The notes beneath the pieces are model-generated. The model did no database searches. It was not told the origin of the DNA and saw only the letters and a program-made list of their open reading frames with translations. A DNA stretch of 64,000 nucleotides. Source: Takakia lepidozioides. Taxonomy: Eukaryota; Plantae; Bryophyta. Shown here piece after piece: positions 53,255 to 64,000 of the stretch. Positions within the stretch are counted from its first letter, which is position 1; every line of letters begins with the position of its first letter. Both the position numbers and the translations under genes were made by a program. Location: contig CM060734.1 in assembly GCA_030704615.1 (NCBI GenBank), positions 22,878,001-22,942,000 on the forward strand, given 5' to 3'.

Positions 53255-54830
53255 GTAATTCGGAGCGCTGCACGATGGAATTCCGGCGCCGGATTTCCAT
53301 CCTGCAGGTAATTCGGAGCGCAGCAGGATGAAAATTCAGCGCCGAATTTCCATCCAGCAAGGTAGGCGGCGCTGGAAATTTCCCTCACGCAGGTAATTCC
53401 GAAGCGCGCGGATGGAAATCCGGCGCCGGATTTCCATCCGCGCGGTAGGGCGTCGCGCCAAATATCCCTCACGCAGGTAATTCCGAAGCGCGCGGATGGA
53501 AATCCGGCGCCAGATTTCCATCCGCGCAGGTAGGGCGTCGCGCCAAATATCCCTCACGCAGGTAATTCCGAAGCGCGCGGATGGAAATCCAGCGCCGGAT
53601 TTCCATCCGCGCAGGTCGGGCGGCGCGCCAAATTTCCCTCACGCAGGTAATTCGGAAGCGCGCGGATGGAAATCCGGCGCCGAATTTCCATCCAGCAAGT
53701 AATTCGAATCCCGGATAAATGGAAATTCGGCGCCGAATTTCCATCTAGCAGGTAAGTCGGATCGCTGGCGTATGGATATTCGGCGCCGAATTTCAATTCG
53801 CCATGTATTTCCTCGCTCAGAATTACCTTCCTGCAGGTAATTCTGAACGAGGAATTTCCTTCCTACCGGCATCGATAGGAATTACCTGCAGGAAGGTAAT
53901 TCTTAGCGATGAAATACATGGCGAATGGAAATTCGGCGCCGAATATCCATACGCCAGCGATCCAACTTACCTGCAGGATGGAAATTCGGCGCCGAATTTC
54001 CATTTATCCGGGATTCGAATTACCTGCTGGATGGAAATTCGGCGCCGAATTTCCATGCATCCGGGATTCCACTTACCTGCAGGATGGAAATTCGGCGCCG
54101 AATTTCCATCCGGGGGATGGTCTCTGTCGGAGAGGTGCCGCCTCTCCGCCGCTCTGTTGGATATTCGGTGCCAAATTTCCGTCCGGGGGTTGAAATATGA
54201 CGGCCAGGTGCCGACCTCTCCCCCCTCCCCGACTGCATTGGAACGGCCCCGGATTGAAATTCGGCGCCGTTTTCCCATCTGGGGAGGTTTTTATGTCGGC
54301 CAGTTTTCGGTCTGACCCCCCGACAAGACTTCCTTTGGGGGGGCCCGGATGGAAATTCGGCGCCGAATCTCCATCCAGGGGATGCTCTCTGTCGAACACG
54401 TGCCGACCTCTACGCCCGAGGCGACTTCATCCGGGCGTCCCCTGTTCGATATTCGGTGCCGAATTTCCGTCCGGGGGTTGAAATGTGACGGCCAAGTACC
54501 GGCCACTCCCCCCTCCCCGACTGCATCCGAACCGCCCCGGATGGAAATTCGGCGCCGTTTTTCCATCTGGGGATGTTTTTATGCCGTCCAGTTTTCGGCC
54601 TGACCCCCCGACACGACTCCCTTTGGGGGGCCCGGATGGAAATTCGGTGCCGAATCTCCATCCAGGGGATGTTCTCTGTCGCACACGCGCCGGCCTCTGC
54701 GCCCGAGGCGACTTCATCCGGGCTTCCTCTGTTGGATATTGCGTGCCGAATTTCCATTCGGGGGTAGTAATGTGACGGCACGATGTTGGCTTCTCCCCTT
54801 CAGCCGTCATCATCCGGACGGCCCCCCACT
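53255..54830. repeat. Intergenic palindrome array with a large hairpin between the divergent genes
   Basis: ~85-bp units, then inverted arms ~53665-53843 / 53879-54056, then ~290-bp units homologous to 1100-2640. Confidence 0.92.
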
Positions 54831-55060
54831 TTCTGACTGCATGCCGTTGGCAGTTATTGCGCAAAGACCAGGGGCCGCATTCCGGAGACAAGGTTCATTA
54901 ACACTCTGACTGTGGATTTTTGAGATAGTTGGCTCCCTGGATTTGGATCAGGCTTCGTCGCTCGGACAAATCGGCATCGCATTCATTCCCATCGCTGCAC
55001 CCCCTTCTACCAGGGAGCTTCCCCGCACGCCATCCTGGCAGTCTTGTGTGCACATCTCCC

Positions 55061-58000
55061 ATGGCGGAAAACCCGAGCGCTACAGTGTACTGCCCTCCTC
55101 ACGAGCATAGAGCTTCATTTCCGTGCAGAGGGGACACCTGCCGGGTGATGGAGAAATATCTGTGCGTTCGATACCACCTGAAACCGGGGTCGGTTTTTTT
55201 GGAGGAGGAAAGGAAGGACTCTAACGGCCTTGTTGTCGAGAGTATTGTTGTGCTCCATGATGATTTCGGCGATGGCAGGGAATGGCGAGTTCCACCATCG
55301 GACAGCGTCATATACAGGGCTGTTGGGGACTTCATTTGCCCGCCAAATGCACCTTCTATCCTGGCGCCTTCCACGAAACAATCCGCGAATCAGAGAGTGG
55401 CTACCTCAAAGAGAGAAGTCCGCAACGAAGTAAATCCAGAGCCGAACCCATCCATGAAGACGAGCGAGAACCGGGTTGTTCACAACCTGTCCGACTCAAA
55501 CGAGGTCATGGAAGTTCCGAGGTCGTCCTGGAGATCAGGCAAGTCCTCAATGGACGTCAGTGGAGGAGGGAGTCATATTCCCAGCACGAGCACCGCAGTT
55601 CGATCTATTCTTGAAATTCTGCGAGGGCTTCACCTGGAAGGACACCGGTCGGAGCTGGCCGGGCTGGACTACAGCAAGTTCGCAATTAAATCGGTTACAT
55701 GCCTTCCCGCCGACGTCGACGGTAATATCTTCTTTGAGTTCCCTCCTCGGGCGGACTACTCGAGGGCGTCCGGAATGTTGACAGATATGGATAGAAAACA
55801 TGACGGTCATCCTTGGTGCGTTACCAAAACCACCAGCATGAAGATGCTCGATGGTGTGTGGGTGCGCTACGTTGTTTGTGCGGGCGCGTTGCGGTGTTTC
55901 TCCCCAACTTGCTTCCACTTTAAATCCAGAGGTCACAGGAACGAGACCGATTGGACAGGCACAGCTCACCAACCATTTCGAGCTCAGGAGAAGGTTCCGA
56001 ACTCCACATTTAAGTGTGTGCATTGCAAAGAACCACCACACTGCATGTCTGTTTGTAATGCCAAGCAGTTCTATGTGTTGCACCGTTTCCCTGACCTCAC
56101 CCGAGCTTGCATACACGTTGGTTCCCATTGTCACAAATTGGCGAGGGGGAATCCTACTATAGACATTGTCTATAGTAGTTGTGGCAATGTTCTGCACTTG
56201 CAGTCTGAGCTCATTCATCTCGCTACTCGCGGGAGGCTGCCCACGAAGCAGAGCAGCTCGTTCAGGAGGAGGTTAAGTTGAGACCGGGTGCCAAACCCAA
56301 ACAGATACAACTCCAAGCCGCCCATAAGATGGCATTGGCCAGAATTATGTCGGAAGACGGCTCCGATAGAGTTCCTCTCGACGAGAAGGAAATGGAGGCA
56401 TTGCTGGAGTCGGTGTCCCATGTATGTTCACCGAATGTCCGAAACCACATTGTCTCATGCAAACAGAAAATTGGGCGTGGCTCGGATATGCACTCCATTC
56501 TGGAGGTGAAGCGACGATGTGGATATGACTACATTAATGGAAGTAGGTTTCCAGGACAAGGGACTGAGGCAGATCGTTGTTTCGTATTCAAAATGTCCAC
56601 GTGTGGACCTGGCAGCGGCGTCGAACTGGTCGACAGGATGACGAGTGGGAACTTGTCAAATAGTTGGGTCATGTTCGACCATATCAAGCGAATTACAAAT
56701 CACCAGTGGGTGACAATGGGTGCACATGTCTACGACACCCACTGCAGGATGCTAATGACAATTGCTATTTGTGAGATGAAAGGAGAGGACACACAATCGG
56801 AGATGCTTCTTTGGCAGGGAATAAACGAACAGATGGCCAAGGCGGGATTGCCCCCTCCCAAAATCCGTGGTTTCATGGCGGACAACGCACAAGCAAATTG
56901 GGCTGCCATCCGAAGGGTGTACGGGCAAGACCCCAATGTTCCCATGGAAGGCAAGGAGAGATCTTGTGGGTTTCATTTTCTGCAGAGCCTTTCGCAGTAC
57001 ACAACCAGGCTCGTGGCGCCAGATTTCAGAGAGGAGCACCGTTCCATGTGCCTTGCGTGGAAGCGCGCTCCCACCTTGGATGATGCAGAGACACAGTTTG
57101 CATGCATACGGGCTTGGTGGACATCGTCAGGTGCTGTAAGGAAATCAGACGAGGGAGCAATGGTCAGTTGGCTAGCATGGTGGCATTATCGTTTCCTCCA
57201 GTTCGGCGACTATATGTGGGAGATGAGTTGCACGAATTCGCGTCCCATTGAATATTATTCTTGGCCATATTTGTAACTTGCTTGTAACCTGAACATGTGC
57301 TTGTGCAGGAAATGTGTCTCGACTCCGACACCGACATGCCCACGACAAACATGGCCGATCCAGTGCACTCTTCCTGGCGTGCCTCCTCTGCGGCGCATCT
57401 GGTGGACATCCTCACTGCCACAACGGAGGACATTGTGAGGTCAATTATGCAGCAATGCAGGTACAACGAGTTCTTGAAAGGGAAACAGTGGGGCTTGGGG
57501 CCGGACAGGCAGGAAATGCTGATGCGGATTGCCTCCAGATCGAAGAATCCTCGGAAGTGGGCGGCGGCCTTGCGAGAGGGCCTTCGGGACACGCCATTGC
57601 TGCGAAGAGGCCAACATTTGGAAGGAGAAGTTCATACCCGTCCAGTGAGACGAAGACTTGACGAGGCACCTGGCGGAGAAGAGGATTCATGGCGAGCTGA
57701 CAAGAATATTCGCACGCTCCCTCGTGGTCCGGTGATGTTGCCCGAGGAGGTCTCATCGAGCATCGCAAGTCCTGCACGTTCAAGATCGCCATCTCCTTTG
57801 AGCACAGGGCGCGTGCCCCGGCAACATAACGAGCCATCTGTAGTAAAGCAGTACAACATTCCCATTGTGGAGACAAGAGTGTCGGAGTCACAGTGGAGAA
57901 TTGCGAGGACATTGCCGGCATTTCGAGGGAAGTGCTGCGTCATCCGGGTGGATACGAGAGCACGCTGTGGTGAGATGATTCGGAGGAACCCACACGGTGC

Positions 58001-58727
58001 TGTACCTGCACCTTGTTTCAGCGACAGATTTTTGACTCCCACATTTGCTCACGCCACAACGCAGACATTTTGGTTCTGTAGGCACAACATAATGACCTGT
58101 GTATTTGGCAAGTCCAAGTACGGGATTCAGGGAATGCTGGAGCCTCCGGGCGTCTGGCCTGTTGCACCGGGTTACAGCCTCTCTCAGAATGAGGCGGATG
58201 CTCTATCTGCAGCAGGATTTTGAATGGTGCAACGCACAGACATCCCGGCCCACGCATTTCCGGTTCCTCAGACCCAGCCATTGCAGACTGCTCGGTCCAG
58301 TAGAGACGGATTGGACAATTCTGCACATCCCACAATGCGATTCGGAAGAGTGAAGAGACGACACCCTCCCAACAAGTTGAATGAGACTCGGATTGCCAAT
58401 GCTCTTGGGATGGCTTGCACTATTCAGAGCTCCGTGGACGTACCCCCACCCGGCCTTGGGCGTGTGTATCGGATGGCAACGGCCGGCTCGGCTGTACGCG
58501 ACGATGTATACACAATTACGATTGGAGTGGAGCCGACTTGCAATTGTACGGACTTCTCGTTGATGGAAGCAAAGAAGGGTTCGAAGTATTATCCGTGCAA
58601 GCATCTGTATTACATCTACCTGAAGAGGTTGAGGATGAACGTGACTATTGATGACTTTATTCATGCACTGACGTTAAGCGTGAACGAGCTGCACAAACTC
58701 CTCCTTAGGGATTCCAGAAATCATTGA
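55061..58727 (+). pseudogene. MULE transposase: GCM/WRKY-like Zn DBD, DDE core with CxxH, Cys-rich region, C-terminal SWIM
   Basis: DGHPW..CAG.L.C..P.C...C.HC...C...C...H.G.H.H; MFD, FMAD, CGFH; CNCTDF...PCKHLY. Disrupted by a 74-bp insert (56152-56225), an AT intron donor (57223), the motif change TNMADP and an in-frame TGA (58221-58223). Confidence 0.9.
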
Positions 58728-58879
58728 TGGGGCAAAGGGAATCCTCCATATGGATATTTTCAAATGCATTTTGCTGTATCAGACTTTTTTTTGCAGTGTA
58801 ATGAAATGCACCCCAAAACTCCTAGAATGAGGCAATATTCCATTCAAACTGAGATCCAACAGAAGCAGTTGTGGGGCCA

Positions 58880-59110
58880 TTTCTGGAAAAATGGCGCCGA
58901 ATTTCTCTTTTTGGGGCCGAAAACGGGCTAAGTCCCAACATGCACTGGTACAGTGTCTGGAAAAATGGCGCCGAATTTCTCTTTTTTGGGCCGAAAACTG
59001 GCTAAGTCCCAACATGCACTGGTACAGTGTCTGGAAAAATGGCGCCGAATTTCCCTATTTTGCGCCGAAAACTGGCTAAGTCCGAACATGCACTGGAAAA
59101 ATGGCGCCAA
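58880..59110. repeat. ~75-bp subterminal tandem repeat (3 units)
   Basis: GGAAAAATGGCGCCGAATTTC...GGCTAAGTCC repeated. Confidence 0.85.
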
Positions 59111-59691
59111 ATTACTTGTCATGAGGGGACCTATAGCCGCGGAATTCGGCACCATTTTTCGCCAGAGAGACCTATTACCGCGAAATACGTCGCCGTTTTT
59201 TCGGGTTACGGACCCTATTACTGCGAAATTCAGCGCCATATTTGCACATGTCGCTGGGAATTGGCATGAGCGGAAGACGAAATATCATGAGCACAACTGT
59301 CAAAACTACAATTTTTCCCTTCAAGGGGCCGAATAATATATTTGTTTTTCCTGACACATTGCATTAAATTATTGTTTTTTATTGTTTTTTATTTTCGAAA
59401 TTTGTATTTCTGCTCATGAAAACCGATTGTGTTATTACTCTGCTCATGCCGCTCATGCCGCTCATGCTCATGAAATAGCAAACCTCGTTTGAACAGTTAA
59501 GACTCTTGGTTCTAGATTTGAACAGATAGATCTAAAGAGGTGTGTTTGAGATCTCAAGAGGTGAACCTCTTGCACTGTGTAAACTCTGAGCTCGGGGGAG
59601 AAGCCGATCATCTTGTTCTTGATCATAAGGCTTCTATGGTTGGGAGGAGAGCTCCACTGTCTAATAAAAATTCTCTTTGTTATTTACTATA

Positions 59692-60141
59692 AATGCACCC
59701 GCATTTAGCATACATGTCCACCAGGGTACTATTCAGAATGACATCTGGTAAAATTCTAGCTTTGACAATGTCCCCATGGACTTCTTTGCCCTTATCCAGC
59801 GCTGCCAGGCTCACACACACCTTGCAAACCTAACCCGGGGTGATCTGGTCGGGCTTCACCTCTTCCCTCATCATTTGCTCATAGGTCTCCAAAGCCTCCA
59901 TCTTGCGCCCCTGCTGTGCATAAGTTGTGATCATCGCAGTCCAAGACACCACATCTCGTTCGGCCATATTGTCCAACACTCCCTTTGCATCCTCGATGCT
60001 CCCACATTTTGCATACATGTTCATCAGAGCAGTGTCCAGAACAACATCTGGTACGATTCCAGCTTCGACAATGTCAGCATGGACCTCTTTGCCCTTTTGC
60101 AGGGCTGCCAGGATCACACACGCATTGCAAACACAGTACAT
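59692..60141 (-). pseudogene. PLS-class PPR pseudogene (upstream part, continuous with 45047 across the Copia)
   Basis: Joining the TSD flanks restores DMYAKCGCIEDAK; MYAKCGSIEDAKGV..MAERDVVSWTAMI. Confidence 0.92.
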
Positions 60142-60659
60142 GAAGGAAGGGAAGAAGAAGGAGATGGAAGTCGCGTTCCCCGAGCAGGAGTGACTTGAAA
60201 ATCTTGCTAAGTCCTCGGCCCCTCACTGCGACTTACGGAGCTCACAACCCGAGCTCCCTATCAATTGTCTCGCTCGCAATTCGACGCGTGTCATTGTAAT
60301 TTCAAAACAGTGCCATATGGGTTACAATTGAAAAAAATGTCCCCGGGGGTCCAACCCGCAATCGTCAACACGACTGCAAATTTCATTAATATAAAAAATA
60401 TGTTTTTCCGATTCTTGGAAATCAGCCTATAAATTAGCGTGAAACCCGGAGTTCACTTCTGCGACTTGTATACTCCATCCTTTATGCCAGCGTGGCATAA
60501 AAACGACTGCGACGACTGGCAAGTCGTCATTCACAACCTGGAGTCCCACGCAGTCATTTCGGACAGAATCGGCGTTCAATACTCTAGAATGTCGGGGAGA
60601 CGAACAGCGGGGAAGCGAGGAGAGGGACTGCGGGAGAGGGAGTGGGCAGAACTAGAAGC

Positions 60660-61780
60660 TTTGGGATATATGCATGATTTGTGTAGAGCATGGATAGCTT
60701 AAGGAGCAAGGGTAGAGTTTGGGTCCGGATTCATCCAAAAGGGCCAGATTTTAAGCTCAAGATTACCTATGATTCCATGTGGATCCATAGCTGCAAGAAA
60801 CTTGCATGGGTAGATGGTCAACTGGAAGCCGCAGCAGCAGCGGCACAATTGATAAAATCAGGCACTGCTAATGAAGGTACCTTCTTCAACACATTTCACC
60901 CTGTTTTTCCCTCTTATCAGAATCGGCCCTAAAATTCCATGTTGAGTTCTGCAAGTTAGCTAGTTGAGTGAATCTTTGATAGTTTGGAGTGACTTCGACA
61001 TGATACTGCCAACGTGATGACAAGAAAGTATCCAAAAACATGTAATAGAGGTGAGGAGTAGCTGTGGAATGAATACTTTTTTGATCCCAGTCAATGGTGG
61101 GACAATCAAGGCAAAAAGGTGAATGTCTGTTAGATTACAGAGAGTAGCAGACGCAATTCAGTATATAAACTAGTGTGATAAGCTGAGTTGGGTGTTTCCT
61201 AGAACAAATCTAGGCTGTCATTATCAGCTGCAAGGCAATGATGTATGCATTATTTGTGCAGAGGCAGTGATAGTTGAAGGGGCAGGGATAGCGTGTGGGT
61301 CCAGATTCATCTAAGAGGGCCAGATTTCAAGCACAAGATTACCTATGATTCCCTGTGGATCAATAACTACAAGAAACCTGCATGGGTAGATGGTCAACTA
61401 AAGGCAGGTGCCCGGCAGGTGCTGCAGCGGCACAGTTGATAAAATCAGGCACCTCAACCATGACCACAGCTTCTGAAAGAGGATCAAGAGAGGCAGTCCA
61501 CAATGCCTCTTCTGGCACTTTTGGGCATGTGAAGATGCTTTGTGAGGTAGGCAGACTCAAAGAGGCTCTACAGACTTTAAACCAGAGAGGCATTTCAGCA
61601 CATTCAGATATGTATGTTTGTCTCTTGCTTAAGTGCATCAAGATGAAAGGTCTGAGATCAAATGATGGGGGAAGGGGTGAAGCCCAACCACATCACGTTT
61701 GTGTGCATTTGCAATACATGTGCAAGCCTGATAGCCCTGGAAAAGAGCAAAGAGGTGCATGGTTGCATCACCACCTGACC
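60660..61780 (+). pseudogene. ~575-bp repeat units running into a PPR N-terminal fragment
   Basis: Matches 40490-41435; VKMLCEVGRLKEALQTLNQRGI...YVCLLLKC is an inverted homologue of 44450-44600. Confidence 0.7.
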
Positions 61781-64000
61781 TTCAGTCCAGCCACAATGGT
61801 GCGGTATCTAACCGCGATGAGGTGGGAACAGAACATTGTTTGATGTAATATGGGAGATCAATTCACTAAGAGAGCAAGGCAGCTTCTGTCAAAGGATGGA
61901 TAATAAGTGTTCTTTGCAGGACAAGGACGGTGAAAGTGAGCCCACCTACAACAATCCCTAGATTCAGGTAAACGAGGAGCAGCATTGCTTCTCCTTGAAT
62001 TCCACGATCTACGTTCAAGAGAAGTTGAATCCGTGCAAGTGTTGAATCTGTGTTGTTCCTTTGTTAAGAGCACGTCCTTCCCTCTCACAGTAGTGGAGGA
62101 TGTTTGTCTGAACGAGGTGTGCATGCATTCAGGCCATTGTCAGTGACTACAGTTAACAGCTTCTGTTGCCCGGGTTGAGTTTATGCTACACAACAGGGGC
62201 TTCCAGGTGGTGGACGAATATTGAAAAATTAGGATTAGGAAAGCTGATGGCCTTCTTCCTAAAGCTGAAGGGCGCACAACTTTGGCTCACCATTTATCTT
62301 GACACAAGCTTGGGGCTCCGAGACCAAAAACTCAGGAATCGAGACGTACAACTGCCTTCACAAAACTGAACATCTAACAAAGTCATCAAGCCGTTCCCTT
62401 TGCAAGGGCCGTGAAAACAGCCGCAAGCTCAATCGACAAGCAATACTGTGATGGACTGACAAGGCTGCTCTCAAAGCCATTTTTGGTATTTTTTGGTAAT
62501 GGATTCCTCATATGCCATTTGGCAAGCATGTAGAGAAAAGTTTTGCATCTTCGAGCACCCACCAGATCACCTACTGGTTAAACAAATGAAAAAGAGCAGA
62601 CCCGCCAACAAACCCAGTACCAGAGCGGGAAACAATGCACCACTCATTCGCTCCACAAGCTGCAGCCACTCGAAGGAAGAGACAACGACTCAAGGGGACA
62701 TCGAAACACCGCTACGGCAAGAGCTTCAGACATTGTGCTCACATGGAAAAGAAACAGATACACCAGCACAAAACTCCACGCATACAACTGCACAGCGCAA
62801 TCAAACAAGGTAACTCCTTATGGACTCCCCTCCTCTCAATTGCCCTCCACTTCCTTTCTCTGAGCATCCACACCACAAGGAAAGAAGGAAAAGCAAGAAG
62901 CTAGCTACTCATATTGCGTCAACAGGGTGCCGGTAGCTACGTCACCGGCCTGTCCCGTCCGCTGCCAAATTCCGTATTCGGTCAGTTCGTTAGCCGGGTT
63001 CGGACGGTAGTCGCCGAACGACGTGACCCCATTCCCGACCCCTGCACTTTTGGTCCCGGCCAGGGACCCGGCGCGGCCGGTGGTCAAGCCCGGGCGACCG
63101 GTCTGTCCGGTCGCCCGGGTGAAGCAGTTGCCGCCCGCTTCTCCGCCAATAATGGGCCATTATTGCAAAGTGTCGGCCCGTGAGTTTCGCCGGTTTTCGC
63201 CACCTCGCTGCTATGCACACCGTAAATGATATTTGCAGTATTGTGGCGAAACTCGGTACGCGGTATGTACATACCTACCTGCGGTAGTTGGTGATAGGTA
63301 CCTGTCTTCCGTGGTAGGTAGATGTATTTGTACTGCGATGGTATGGGTATAGAGTATGATACGGTGGAGAGAGGGGATTTTGAAGGAATATTCTGGAGCA
63401 TCCGACCGTTGTTCCTTTGAACTATCTCTCTTTGGCTGACTTTGGACACACACTCACGCAATTGACGTGACCTGCCCACACACCATCCGCGCGTCACATT
63501 GCCGCCTCATTTTCCGAACTTTACGCCGTCTGGTTTTCCCTTTTCCGGACGTCACATTTTCCAACCAGCACGCAAGAAAATAATGTGGATGACCGGTGGG
63601 GGCCATCTCTGTTGCTGGCCAACCACATTTATTATTATTATTATTTTTGAACAGGGGAAGGCCCTGAATTAATTTTATTGAGTTTATTGTGGGGAAAAAA
63701 ATTAAAACCCCAGATTACACCATGAGGTACACACACTGTAGTCAGTGATGAACGAACTATCCTCCCGAAGGGAGAAGATGAAGACAACCTAGGGTTACAA
63801 GCCCAATGTAGAAGTCACACCCATAGGGGGTTGCTTTGAATGTAGGCAGTCGCTTCTGGACTGGTGAGATCTACAAGGAATCCATGAGGTGAATGGCTTA
63901 GCAGCCGCTTGGAACCTGTCCGAAGCTTATTTGTGTGCACGAATGGATCTCAGCGAAATTTCAGTCTAGCAGCCGATTTGATGTGGCGCCAATTGATATC

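Larger units (their letters stand above)
49547..59486 (+). mobile_element. Full-length (9.9 kb) MULE copy 2 carrying a transposase and a DNA amino-methyltransferase-like gene
   Basis: 8-bp TSD GTTTGAAC (49539-49546, 59487-59494); 21-bp imperfect TIR GGGGGCTGCTATTTCATGAGC / GAGGTTTGCTATTTCATGAGC; its removal restores the Copia LTR. Confidence 0.96.
45048..59691 (+). mobile_element. Ty1/Copia LTR retrotransposon; 3' LTR interrupted by MULE copy 2
   Basis: 5' LTR 45048-45316; PBS TGGTATCAGAGCC (Met-i) at 45317; PPT 49466-49474; 3' LTR 49475-49546 + 59487-59691; TSD AATGC (45043-45047 and 59692-59696). Confidence 0.97.

Noticed and set aside
49547-59486. Zisupton/KDZ or hAT classification from the 8-bp TSD and SWIM
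   Set aside because: The D...FMAD...CxxH...TNxxES pattern is Mutator-type.
61850-64000. Possible LINE tail (TTA repeats near 63630) and GC-rich TE end near 62920-63200
   Set aside because: No TIR pair, TSD or coding motif could be confirmed within the window.

Overview
Repeat-dense, heterochromatin-like eukaryotic DNA, almost certainly from a land plant (degenerate PLS-class PPR repeats, spliceosomal introns; inferred to be a seed-free plant). No intact host gene is evident; the window is a stack of nested transposons. Main contents: (1) three copies of one Mutator-like (MULE) DNA transposon family full of GGCGCC-centred palindromes; the complete copy (49547-59486, 8-bp TSD) carries a GCM/WRKY-like + DDE + SWIM transposase and a divergent multi-exon gene ending in a beta-class N6-adenine/N4-cytosine DNA methyltransferase-like domain. 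(2) An 11.2-kb Ty3/Gypsy element (3882-15052) with a C5-cytosine methyltransferase domain inside pol, a PHD finger after integrase, a self-complementary (tRNA-independent) PBS and circularly permuted 'split' LTRs (A-body-B-A-B). (3) A 14-kb non-chromovirus Gypsy with an extra 3' ORF. (4) A young Copia inserted in a PPR pseudogene and itself interrupted by the MULE. (5) Fragments of a second MULE family, a CACTA end, PPR pseudogene pieces and an unclassified fold-back rearrangement. Many frameshifts lie in homopolymers and may be sequencing errors; there is a 500-N gap. All protein assignments are by motif recognition by eye, not database searches.
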